Assembly (NCBI GenBank): GCA_045638465.1
Contig: JAZUBK010000056.1
Span: forward strand, 1 to 51,802
DNA length: 51,802 bases
Reading direction: 5' to 3'
Source: Clostridia bacterium
GTDB taxonomy: Bacteria > Bacillota > Clostridia > Christensenellales > UBA1242
The notes beneath the pieces were generated by a model. The model was given only the letters and a program-made list of their open reading frames with translations. It was not told the origin of the DNA and ran no database searches. The translations under genes and the position numbers were made by a program. This document shows positions 10,117 through 18,275 of the stretch, piece by piece (position 1 is the first letter of the stretch; every line of letters begins with the position of its first letter).

Positions 10117-10395
10117 AAAATCTACATAAAAACTCTACACAAAAACACAACAAACTGAGATAAAAAAAATAAAGGCAAAACAAAAATGTTTTCACCTTTC
10201 AAAGACCAATAAAACAATGAATTTTTTATTCCAAATTGCACTTGCAAAAATCTCTAAATTCGCCTATTTTTAGCGGTTTTTTAACAATATTATAACAATA
10301 TATGTTGTAGCATAAAAAATCAATGAGCAAAACTATTTATTAAACAAATTACAATCTGAAATTTTCCAAAATATTTAGTAAAATTTTTATTAGTT

Positions 10396-10851
10396 TTACA
10401 ATAATTTTATAAGCAAAAAGGCATTGTCAATAAGTGAATTTTGGAAACAAAAATTCGGGCATTTTGCGGATAAAAAAATCAGCTCCTTTAAAGTCAAAAT
10501 TATATCCTCTTTACCTTCATTTTTTCTACAAAATTTACATTGATACGGAGGCAAAAAACAGTCGCCTTTTATCTCAAAATATAGGGTGCAAAATCTCGAA
10601 ATCACCCCTGAAAAAGCAGTAAAAAACTCCTCTTTTTTACCCTTCAAAAGCCCTCGTTTTTGCCGCAAATTTTCCTTATTTTTTGCCATCAAAAGCGTCA
10701 AAAAATCTTCATATTTTCTGATAAATTTATCAAAATTTTTATCGCTTTCTGACAAAATTTTCACATTAGCCTTCTTCTCTATTTCGTATTCTTTGGCTAT
10801 TTTTTCCAATGTTTTTGTATCAAAGTGCTCTAAAAAATCATTATATTTCAT
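10396..10851 (-). CDS. Hypothetical Lys/Glu-rich protein (151 aa) with a C-terminal Cys cluster
   Basis: This is a complete ORF. The overlapping plus-strand ORFs look like compositional shadows. A weak aagg RBS and a TTGCAC...TATAAA promoter-like sequence lie upstream. No family was recognised. Confidence 0.5.
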   Translation of the reverse strand: MKYNDFLEHFDTKTLEKIAKEYEIEKKANVKILSESDKNFDKFIRKYEDFLTLLMAKNKENLRQKRGLLKGKKEEFFTAFSGVISRFCTLYFEIKGDCFLPPYQCKFCRKNEGKEDIILTLKELIFLSAKCPNFCFQNSLIDNAFLLIKLL

Positions 10852-11036
10852 ATAAAAAACCTTAGTATTTTATATGTATTTGTTATATTTTTGGTGCAAT
10901 TTTTTGTTTTTTCGCATCAAAAAATACTACTTTTTACAGTTTTTTATTCGTTATTTTTACACAAAATCTTTATTTTTTAGCAAAATATTTTTGCAATTTT
11001 TTAACTATTTTTGTATTTGGTTTTTAAATTTTGCAA

Positions 11037-11066
11037 CAAAAAAAACACCTATTTTTTAGGTGTTTT
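11037..11066 (-). terminator. Rho-independent (bidirectional-type) terminator after recR
   Basis: The stem AACACCTA/TAGGTGTT (11044-11051 and 11057-11064) has a 5-nt loop and is flanked by an A-run and a T-run. It lies 7 nt downstream of the recR stop. Confidence 0.8.
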
Positions 11067-11072
11067 ATATTT

Positions 11073-11663
11073 TTATAGTTCTTTTCTTGCCTCAATAGCT
11101 TTAGTCAAGGTTACTTCGTCTGCATATTCAAGCTCACTACCCATAGAAATACCTTGGGCAAGTCTTGTAACTTTGATATTAAGAGGCTTCAATATCTTGG
11201 CGATATATAACGCAGTTGCCTCCCCCTCAACGTCTGGGTTTGTAGCGACAATTACTTCTTTAATATCTTCAAGATTTACTCTTATCAAAAGTTCTTTCAG
11301 TTTGATATCTTCAGCAGATCGGCCTTCCATCGGATTAATACAACCGTGCAAAACGTGATATAGGCAGTTTAGGTTTCTAACCTTTTCTAGCGCCACAACA
11401 TCTTTTGGCTCTTTTACAACACAAACGATATCGCTTGATCTGTTTTTGCAAATATCACAAAAATCTTCTTCTGAAAAATTGCCACAACGGTTACAAAATT
11501 TGATATTATCCTTTGCCGCCATCATGCTCTCAGCCAAAGTTTGTACTTTTTCTCTATCACTAGCCAATATGCTATAAGCATATCTTTGGGCAGTTTTATA
11601 CCCAACGCCAGGAAGCATCATAAAGCTACCAATTAATTTTTCTAGGGATTTAATATTTCCCAT
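11073..11663 (-). CDS. recR: Recombination protein RecR
   Basis: The N-terminal HhH region is GVGYKTAQRYAY and the C4 zinc finger is CNRCGNFSEEDFCDIC. A Toprim region (VCVVKEPKDV...ATNPDVEGEATA) follows. The gene sits in the canonical dnaX-ybaB-recR order. Confidence 0.95.
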   Translation of the reverse strand: MGNIKSLEKLIGSFMMLPGVGYKTAQRYAYSILASDREKVQTLAESMMAAKDNIKFCNRCGNFSEEDFCDICKNRSSDIVCVVKEPKDVVALEKVRNLNCLYHVLHGCINPMEGRSAEDIKLKELLIRVNLEDIKEVIVATNPDVEGEATALYIAKILKPLNIKVTRLAQGISMGSELEYADEVTLTKAIEARKEL

Positions 11664-11665
11664 TA

Positions 11666-12004
11666 TTAAAACATACCTCCACCCATAGGTCCTAGAGTAT
11701 CTTTCTTTAGTTTTTCAGCTTGAGCTTGAGCGTCGTTGATTGCTGCAGTAATTAAATCTTCTAGCATCTCAACGTCATCTGGATCTACAGCCTCAGGTTT
11801 GATTCTTACGGCTTTAATTTGACCTTTACCTGTGCAAACAACTTCTACCATATTGCCACTGCAAGTACCAATAACTTCCGTTTCTTCCAATTCTTGATTC
11901 TTTTTTTGTACTTCTTCTTGCATCTTTTGGGCTTGTCTTATCATATTTTGCATATTTGCTCCGCCAAATCCGCCTCCGAAGCCACCAAATCCACCTTTAT
12001 ACAT
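11666..12004 (-). CDS. ybaB: YbaB/EbfC family nucleoid-associated protein, with a Gly/Phe-rich N-terminal extension
   Basis: The family signature reads NMQNMIRQAQKMQEEVQKKNQELEE...GNMVEVVCTGKGQIKAVRIKPEAVDPDDVEMLEDLITAAINDA. AAGGAG lies upstream of the ATG at 12004. Confidence 0.9.
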   Translation of the reverse strand: MYKGGFGGFGGGFGGANMQNMIRQAQKMQEEVQKKNQELEETEVIGTCSGNMVEVVCTGKGQIKAVRIKPEAVDPDDVEMLEDLITAAINDAQAQAEKLKKDTLGPMGGGMF

Positions 12005-12019
12005 AACTTTTATTCTCCT

Positions 12020-12391
12020 TTATTTTATTTGTAGTATATTTCCGAATTTTCTTTTTAGGTTTGCGATATCTTTTTGTGTAATATCTTCTTTAATTTCTTT
12101 TTCTATCCTTATAGTTGCAACGTCGTCTATTTCGCCTACGATACTTTGCAAAACTTCTACGTTCTTTTCACTAGCAATAATGTTGAACAAATATTCATCA
12201 TCAATATAAATTACCAGTTCGTCACCCTCTAAAGTGTAACTTCTAACATCGCCACACGCTGTATAAAGAGCCGTTAAATCGCGTCTTCTAAGGGCGTATA
12301 TTACCTTACCCCAAATACCCGCAGCAGTTGTTTTCGGGTCTACATGGCGAATTTCAGCCTTTTTAACGGTGTAATCTTCTTTAATTAGTTT
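12020..12391 (-). CDS. dnaX: -1-frame continuation of dnaX encoding the tau-type C-terminal domain (123 codons, no own start or SD)
   Basis: Hand translation in the -1 frame gives K LIKEDYTVKKAEIRHVDPKTTAAGIWGKVIYALRRRDLTALYTACGDVRSYTLEGDELVIYIDDEYLFNIIASEKNVEVLQSIVGEIDDVATIRIEKEIKEDITQKDIANLKRKFGNILQIK, with the stop at 12022-12020. The frame is open along its whole length. It resembles the W..V...L......L...L....V.....L.I pattern of Firmicute DnaX C-termini. Confidence 0.65.
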   Translation of the reverse strand, partial: KLIKEDYTVKKAEIRHVDPKTTAAGIWGKVIYALRRRDLTALYTACGDVRSYTLEGDELVIYIDDEYLFNIIASEKNVEVLQSIVGEIDDVATIRIEKEIKEDITQKDIANLKRKFGNILQIK

Positions 12392-13494
12392 TTTTTTGAG
12401 CCGTTTTCATCTAAACTTGCACATTCAAGGCAAGTAATCTCAAGTAAGACTCTTGGGTTTAGGGCGTATTTCAAATCGCCCTCAATACTGCTCAATTTTT
12501 CCATAAAGGCAAGAAGTTTTTTTGCAGTAACGTTTTGAGATTGTTTTGATAATTTTTCAAACAAATCACTTGGCAAAGACAAAATATTTTCGCTCTCTTT
12601 ACAATTTTTAATAACCATTAGGTCTCTAAAGTGAGTTGTAAGGTCTTTGCTCAAAGAAATCAAGTTTTTACCAGAGCTAAACGCTGCGTGTATTTCATCC
12701 AACACGCCGCCGATATCTCCAGAGATCATACTATCTGCTAGTTTGATTATTGTATCTCTATCTGAGATTCCAAGAACATTAAGCACAATGTCATATGTTA
12801 TTTTGTTATTTCCATAAGCAATAACACTATCTGCAATAGAAAGGGTATCTCTAACACTACCTTCACCTGCATTGGCGATAACTTTTAGAGAGTCGCTATC
12901 ACAAGCGATTTTTACTTCATCAAATATTTTTTGCAACAACTCCTCTAGTAGCACATTTGACACTAACCTAAAGTCAAATCTTAGGCATCTTGAAAGAATA
13001 GTTGCAGGAAGTTTTCTAACTTCGGTTGTGGCCAAGATAAACACTGCGTGTTTTGGTGGCTCTTCCAAGGTCTTTAGCAAAGCATTAAAAGCATTAATAC
13101 TAAGCATATGCACCTCGTCTATGATGTATACTTTGTATTTTGCAGATACAGGAGGAAATTTTACTTTGTCTCTTATATCTCTTATTTCATCAACACCGTT
13201 GTTTGATGCTGCGTCGATTTCTAGTATATCCATATTTGACTCGTCGGCAAGTGCTCTACATACCTCACACTTTCCGCAAGGAGAACCATTTACAGGAGAC
13301 AAACAATTTATTGCTTTAGAAAAAATCTTAGCGCAGGTAGTTTTACCTGTTCCACGACTTCCTGTAAATAAGTAAGCATGAGCAATATTGCCACTTTTTA
13401 CTTGATTTATTAATGTTGTTGTTATATGGTCTTGACCGATTACTTTGTCAAAGCTATCTGGCCTAAACCTGCGATATAAAGCAACTGCTCCCAT
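12385..13494 (-). CDS. dnaX: DNA polymerase III subunit gamma/tau, zero-frame product (369 aa, clamp-loader AAA+ core)
   Basis: The N-terminus reads LYRRFRPDSFDKVIGQDHI. Walker A is GSRGTGKTT, the zinc module is CGKCEVC, the DEVH-type box is IIDEVHML, and sensor 1 is ILATTE with the SRC motif. The ORF stops one codon after an A9 run. Confidence 0.92.
   Translation of the reverse strand: MGAVALYRRFRPDSFDKVIGQDHITTTLINQVKSGNIAHAYLFTGSRGTGKTTCAKIFSKAINCLSPVNGSPCGKCEVCRALADESNMDILEIDAASNNGVDEIRDIRDKVKFPPVSAKYKVYIIDEVHMLSINAFNALLKTLEEPPKHAVFILATTEVRKLPATILSRCLRFDFRLVSNVLLEELLQKIFDEVKIACDSDSLKVIANAGEGSVRDTLSIADSVIAYGNNKITYDIVLNVLGISDRDTIIKLADSMISGDIGGVLDEIHAAFSSGKNLISLSKDLTTHFRDLMVIKNCKESENILSLPSDLFEKLSKQSQNVTAKKLLAFMEKLSSIEGDLKYALNPRVLLEITCLECASLDENGSKKN
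12389..12397 (-). other. A9 homopolymer (slippery run) at the dnaX frame junction
   Basis: The minus strand reads GGC TCA AAA AAA AAC TAA. The plus-strand T-run is at 12389-12397. Confidence 0.9.
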
Positions 13495-13510
13495 AAAAAA
13501 TTCCTTTTCT

Positions 13511-14128
13511 TTAATTTCTCAAATACTTCAATTTAATTTTAATCCTATTTAAAGCATTGTCAATGCTTTTAGGGTCTTTTTTAAGTTTTTTAGCGATTTC
13601 GACATAGTTGTAACCATCTATGTATATTTTCAAAACAGATTTTTCAAAAGTGCTTAGTTTATTATTAACACCTTGCAATATCTCGTCTACTTTTTCACTA
13701 GAAACCATACTTTGTTCTGGCGACATATCGTCAGTACAAATATAAAAACCAGACTCTTCAGTTTCGTCATCGTCATTTTTTTGACCTACGACCAATTTTC
13801 CTTGAGAATCTATTGACATATAACTCATAAAGGCTTTGTTTTTATCTCTATTTGCTGTTTTTACTGCTTGTTGAATACGTCTTGTAACGCAAAGCGTAGC
13901 AAAGTTTTTGAAGGACATATTACCACTCTTTTTCTTGAAAGAAAGACAAGCAGAGTATAGGCCTATCATAGCCTCTTGCATCAAATCGTCACTACCTGCA
14001 CCAACAAGAAAATATTTTCTTGCGATACTATTTAACCTTTGGGTATATCTGCGGGTTATTTCTTCAAAAGCCCCCTCATCACCCTCTGTGACCATTTTTA
14101 CAAGTTCTTCATCTGATTTATTTATCAT
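13511..14128 (-). CDS. sigH: RNA polymerase sigma factor SigH (sigma-70 family, early sporulation/transition state)
   Basis: The sequence YFLVGAGSDDLMQEAMIGLYSACLSFKKKSGNMSFKNFATLCVTRRIQQAVKTANRDKN matches the SigH-specific pattern YFLxGAxxxDxxQExMIGLYxA...SFKxFAxLCxTRxI..A.KTA.R.K. The mrnC-rlmB-sigH order matches Bacillus and Clostridium. Confidence 0.85.
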   Translation of the reverse strand: MINKSDEELVKMVTEGDEGAFEEITRRYTQRLNSIARKYFLVGAGSDDLMQEAMIGLYSACLSFKKKSGNMSFKNFATLCVTRRIQQAVKTANRDKNKAFMSYMSIDSQGKLVVGQKNDDDETEESGFYICTDDMSPEQSMVSSEKVDEILQGVNNKLSTFEKSVLKIYIDGYNYVEIAKKLKKDPKSIDNALNRIKIKLKYLRN

Positions 14129-14853
14129 TTAAAATTCCTTTGTCTAACTATTTCATAAACAACAGCGCTAGTTGCGGTTGATGCGTTTAGAGAATTTACT
14201 TTTCCATACATAGGAAGTTTGATTACTCCGTCACAAAGTTGTTTTGTAAGTTTAGAAACACCTTTGCCTTCGCTACCAATTACCACACCTACAGGGCCAG
14301 TAAGATTTGTTTTGTAAACATACTCGCCGTCCATATCGGCACAATATATCCAAAAACCTTCTTTTTTCAACTTTTCAATCATTTGATTGATATTTGCCAC
14401 TCTACATACTGGCAAGTGGTTACAAGCCCCTGCACTTGTTTTTAGCACGGTTGCGTTTACTGCACATGCCCTTTGTTTTGGGATAACAATTCCGTGAACT
14501 CCCGCACACTCACAAACTCTAATGATACTACCAAGATTGTGAGGATCTTCGATATTATCCAAAATTACAACGAAAGGCTGCTCACCTCTTTTTGATGCCA
14601 AAGCCAAAATCTCTTCAATGTCGGTATAAACAAAATCTGTAATTTCCGCAATAAAGCCTTGGTGTCTACCAGTTTCGGATACTCTATCCAAAATCTTTTT
14701 GTCTGCAAAGTTAATTGAAATTCCGTTATCTTTTGCAAGGTTAATTATTTTATTGCTATGTTCGTCAGAAAGGCCCTTTGCAATCATAAGTTTATTAAAA
14801 GTCTTACCAGCAACTAGTGCCTCATATACGCTATTTTTTCCTTCTATGTTCAT
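14125..14853 (-). CDS. rlmB: 23S rRNA (guanosine-2'-O-)-methyltransferase RlmB (SpoU/TrmH family)
   Basis: The SpoU motifs are LDNIEDPHNLGSIIRVCECAG, VVIGSEGKGVS and LNASTATSAVVYE. The gene shows 4-nt start/stop overlaps with both neighbours. Confidence 0.85.
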   Translation of the reverse strand: MNIEGKNSVYEALVAGKTFNKLMIAKGLSDEHSNKIINLAKDNGISINFADKKILDRVSETGRHQGFIAEITDFVYTDIEEILALASKRGEQPFVVILDNIEDPHNLGSIIRVCECAGVHGIVIPKQRACAVNATVLKTSAGACNHLPVCRVANINQMIEKLKKEGFWIYCADMDGEYVYKTNLTGPVGVVIGSEGKGVSKLTKQLCDGVIKLPMYGKVNSLNASTATSAVVYEIVRQRNFK

Positions 14854-15275
14854 TTTTCTTCTCCAAAATCTTTTACGGCTAGACTCAAAACTTCGTTTAG
14901 CCTATCTATCTTGCCACACAAATATAAATATCCAAGTAAAGCTTCAAAAGCCGTGCTTTTTTTGTACTCTACCATTTTTGCGTTTTTTGACATTGTGTTT
15001 ACTTTTGTGTTTCTTGCTCTTTTTGCTACCGCTTGTTCTTCGTCTGTTAGACTATCAAAAATCTCATCAAGTGCTCTTGCTTGAGAACTTGCTTTAACAA
15101 ACTCTGTAGAAAACTTATGCAAACTTCTACTTCTTGCAGTTGAAACCAAACAAAAGTGTGATCGTATATACAAGCTATAAACCGCATCGCCAACAAAAGC
15201 CAAACTTTGAGGGTTGACCATTTGGACATTACCCTCTGTCATGTACGGCATATCAAAAAAATTATTGTCACTCAT
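14850..15275 (-). CDS. mrnC: Mini-ribonuclease III
   Basis: The RNase III-like signature is LAFVGDAVYSLYIRSH...FEALLGYLYL. The start is moved to ATG 15275 because the track's GTG at 15293 lies inside a TGcTATAAT box. An alternative start is ATG 15221, with GAGGG 10 nt upstream. Confidence 0.8.
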   Translation of the reverse strand: MSDNNFFDMPYMTEGNVQMVNPQSLAFVGDAVYSLYIRSHFCLVSTARSRSLHKFSTEFVKASSQARALDEIFDSLTDEEQAVAKRARNTKVNTMSKNAKMVEYKKSTAFEALLGYLYLCGKIDRLNEVLSLAVKDFGEEK

Positions 15276-15281
15276 ACGCTT

Positions 15282-15309
15282 ATTATAGCACACAAAAAAA
15301 GCATTGCAA
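15282..15309 (-). promoter_or_regulatory. Extended -10 sigma-A promoter of mrnC-rlmB-sigH (TTGCAA-16-TGcTATAAT), 6 nt from the ATG
   Basis: The -35 TTGCAA is at 15304-15309, TG at 15289-15290 and the -10 at 15282-15287. Only aagcgt lies between the -10 box and ATG 15275. Confidence 0.6.
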
Positions 15310-15397
15310 AATAGATTTTTGTTATGTTTTAATTTTTATTTTGCCCCATACACAAGATGGACATAAAGTTCATATATATTATAATTATTAATCATAA

Positions 15398-15426
15398 TTG
15401 ACAAGTTTGAGTTGCAGTAGTATAAT
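15398..15426 (+). promoter_or_regulatory. Consensus sigma-A promoter of the lipid kinase/LtaS operon (TTGACA-17-TATAAT), 9 nt from the ATG
   Basis: TTGACA is at 15398-15403 and TATAAT at 15421-15426. Only tatatccgt (no SD) precedes ATG 15436. Confidence 0.65.
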
Positions 15427-15435
15427 TATATCCGT

Positions 15436-16335
15436 ATGAAAAGCATATTCGTTTATAATCCCGAAAGCGGAAACGGAAAACTGAATAAATACGAAGGTTA
15501 TATCGTAAGGCAACTATCAAAGCGTTATGGCGAAATAGATGTTGTACCAACTACTCATGCTGGTCACGCAACTGCCCTTGCCCAAAACGCAGTAGGAAAG
15601 TACGATTACTTTTTTTGCGCCGGTGGAGATGGCACACTAAACGAAATAATCAATGGCTTTGGTAATAGCGAAAACAAACCTATTGTTGGATATATCCCTA
15701 GCGGAACTGTAAACGATGTAGCAAGGTCTCTTGGCCTTACAAAGAACGTAAAAAAAGCGGTTAAAAACTTACTTGAAGGCGAACCTGTATCTCACGACAC
15801 TTTTAAGGTAAATAACAAATACGGCATATATGTTTGTTGTACAGGATTGTTCACTAGGTCTTCTTACTCAACAGACCGAACTAGCAAGAAAAAACTAGGC
15901 AAACTTGCTTACTTTCTAAAAGGCGGAAAAGAAATCTTTGAAGCAAAACCAGTGTATGTAGAACTAGAAACTGAAGAGGAACATATTTCTAGAAACTGCG
16001 CACTTGTTTTGATACTAAACTCAAAAAGCGTAGCAGGATTCAAACTAAACAAAGACGCAGCCCTAAACGACGGTATGGTAGAGGTGGTAATGTTCCACTC
16101 TCACAAAGACAAAGTTTTGCTTCCTGAGATTATGCGTACAATGGGGGCTTTTGCTTTTGGGCTTGAGTCTATAAAAAATAACGTAAAGGTTACCTATCGC
16201 AAATTATCAAAATTTACATTAACCACAAAAGAAGGTACTATCATCAACCTAGACGGAGAAAAGAGTGGTGGCGGTAGTTTTGATTTTGAAGTAATAAAAG
16301 AGGGCATCACTATCATCTGCCCAAAAAGAGGATAA
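15436..16335 (+). CDS. dgkB: Diacylglycerol/lipid kinase (DAGK catalytic domain, DgkB/YegS family)
   Basis: The motifs are NPESGNGK, CAGGDGTLNEIING, IPSGTVNDVARSLG, GKLAYFLKG and LNDGMVEVVMF. Together they match the soluble DgkB-type kinases. Confidence 0.8.
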   Translation: MKSIFVYNPESGNGKLNKYEGYIVRQLSKRYGEIDVVPTTHAGHATALAQNAVGKYDYFFCAGGDGTLNEIINGFGNSENKPIVGYIPSGTVNDVARSLGLTKNVKKAVKNLLEGEPVSHDTFKVNNKYGIYVCCTGLFTRSSYSTDRTSKKKLGKLAYFLKGGKEIFEAKPVYVELETEEEHISRNCALVLILNSKSVAGFKLNKDAALNDGMVEVVMFHSHKDKVLLPEIMRTMGAFAFGLESIKNNVKVTYRKLSKFTLTTKEGTIINLDGEKSGGGSFDFEVIKEGITIICPKRG

Positions 16336-16340
16336 ATTTT

Positions 16341-18275
16341 ATGGAAAAAACAGTTAAAGTTAGCCATTTAATTAAGCCTATCTACTATTGTTTATTTGCA
16401 ACACTATTTGAAATGATAAACTTTTTGTGGCTTAGGTTTGAAACATCGGGTGGCGGAATTCAAATTTTACCAACATACTTTATATTAGACCTTGCAGTGT
16501 TTGTAATTGTTGCAGGTATTATATCTGTTCTTCCTCGCAAAGGTTCTAATGCTGTAATGTATGTATTTATTGGACTTCAAGTTTTGATAAACATTGTAAA
16601 CGCCACACTATACAAAGTATTTGGTGACATATTTAGTTTTGATATGATGAAACTTGGCGCAGAAGCTGTATCGGCTTTTAAACTAGAGTTTATTGACTTT
16701 TGGAGCATCTTAGCAAACTTTGCCCTACTTGCTGGATTAATCGTTTTGCAAGTTATTTTAGATCGCAAGATGCAAAAAGAAGTAACGCTAAAAAAACTTG
16801 GCAAAAGAGCTTTTAGAGGGGTTTGCGTTTCACTTGCTTTGATTGTTGGTTTTTCTGGTTTTTATGGCCAAACACTTTCTTTTGCAGATAGCGAAAAATC
16901 AGCAAGGGTATACGCTAGTGACAAGTACCTTTGGGACAACCAACACTTCAAACTAGAATCATACAAATCTTTTGGAACTTGGGGTTTTTATTACAAAAGC
17001 CTTGCAAATTTAATTTATAAAAATGACAATTTAACAAAAAAAGACAAAGCCGACATAAAAGCTTTGATAACTAGCGGCAAACAAGCCGAAAACACTTCTG
17101 CTACTTTGTACGGAGATAACCTTATCGTAATTATGCTAGAGAGTTTTGAGTGGTTCGCAATCGATCCATACAACACTCCTACACTATGGGATATCAAAAC
17201 AAACAGCGGTGTTTCTTTCGAAAAATTCTATGGCAAAAACAAAACAAATGTAAGCGAAGATATAGCGATTCTTGGAAATATGCCAAAAGATACTAGCATG
17301 GATTATCTTGCAGCAAATGGCCTTTTGGGTTCTGACTATACATTGCCTAATATGTTCAAACAAAGAGGTTATACAGTTAACTATTTCCACGGCTACAAAA
17401 AATCTTTCTATGACAGAGACAAAGTAAACAAAGCAATGGGATTTGACCATGTTTATGGCATAGAAGATGCTAATATTTCAAACAAAAGTTTAGCCTTTAA
17501 CAACTGGAACTTAGACTCTGATGTTGTTGACGCTTTTATGGATAAATTTATCCCTGAAGGAAAAAACTTTGTGTCATTTTTGACTACAATTACAACACAC
17601 GGAACTTACGCAAGATCTAACGAAAGATTTTCTGATTATTACAAAACTTATGATAGAAACCTTAGCGAATATAAAACATGGCTAAAGGAAAATACAGACT
17701 TTATTTATCCGACCGACAAAAACTATCAATCTTATCTAAGACAATATAAGTGTGCTGCTATGGACACAGATAAAATGGTTTATAACGTAATCGAAAATCT
17801 AAAAGCAAAAGGTGTACATGATAACACAACTATTGTTTTGTATAGCGACCACAACTGCTATTACCAAGACCTATGTTACGAAATCAAAGGAACAGAAAAA
17901 GACGACTATACAGACATTTACAACTACAATATTCCTTGCATGATTTACAACCCAAAACTAACACCTGAGCAAAATTATAACTTTGTAAATACATACGATA
18001 TTTTCCCAACTATTTGTGAGCTTTACGGACTTCCTTATAACACTACTCTAACACAAGGCTACAATATGTTTTCTGAAGATATCAAAAACTCAACTATGGT
18101 ATCATATCTAACAGGCATATTTAACGACAAATTTTATAGTCTAAACATTTCAGACACATACAAAATGACAGAAAGCACAAAAGAAGATCTAAAGGCTTTT
18201 ACAAATAACGCAACTAAATTTTACGATAAACAATATAACATAGAACTTATATACAAATATGGCCTTGCTCTTTAA
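16341..18275 (+). CDS. LTA synthase family protein (N-terminal polytopic membrane domain plus extracellular sulfatase-fold domain)
   Basis: About 5 N-terminal hydrophobic helices are followed by LIVIMLESFEW...LTTITTHGTY...VLYSDHN, a sulfatase/LtaS-type core. An AGAGGA RBS overlaps the dgkB stop. Confidence 0.75.
   Translation: MEKTVKVSHLIKPIYYCLFATLFEMINFLWLRFETSGGGIQILPTYFILDLAVFVIVAGIISVLPRKGSNAVMYVFIGLQVLINIVNATLYKVFGDIFSFDMMKLGAEAVSAFKLEFIDFWSILANFALLAGLIVLQVILDRKMQKEVTLKKLGKRAFRGVCVSLALIVGFSGFYGQTLSFADSEKSARVYASDKYLWDNQHFKLESYKSFGTWGFYYKSLANLIYKNDNLTKKDKADIKALITSGKQAENTSATLYGDNLIVIMLESFEWFAIDPYNTPTLWDIKTNSGVSFEKFYGKNKTNVSEDIAILGNMPKDTSMDYLAANGLLGSDYTLPNMFKQRGYTVNYFHGYKKSFYDRDKVNKAMGFDHVYGIEDANISNKSLAFNNWNLDSDVVDAFMDKFIPEGKNFVSFLTTITTHGTYARSNERFSDYYKTYDRNLSEYKTWLKENTDFIYPTDKNYQSYLRQYKCAAMDTDKMVYNVIENLKAKGVHDNTTIVLYSDHNCYYQDLCYEIKGTEKDDYTDIYNYNIPCMIYNPKLTPEQNYNFVNTYDIFPTICELYGLPYNTTLTQGYNMFSEDIKNSTMVSYLTGIFNDKFYSLNISDTYKMTESTKEDLKAFTNNATKFYDKQYNIELIYKYGLAL

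Noticed and set aside
12872-13375. Long antisense ORFs inside dnaX (12872-13375), hydB (26675-27019, 27140-27589), sigH/rlmB (13908-14132, 14699-15097), dapA (32852-33205) and the membrane protein gene (48836-49153).
   Set aside because: Each lies opposite a gene with unambiguous family motifs. They are Ser/Leu/Phe-rich shadow translations without RBSs.
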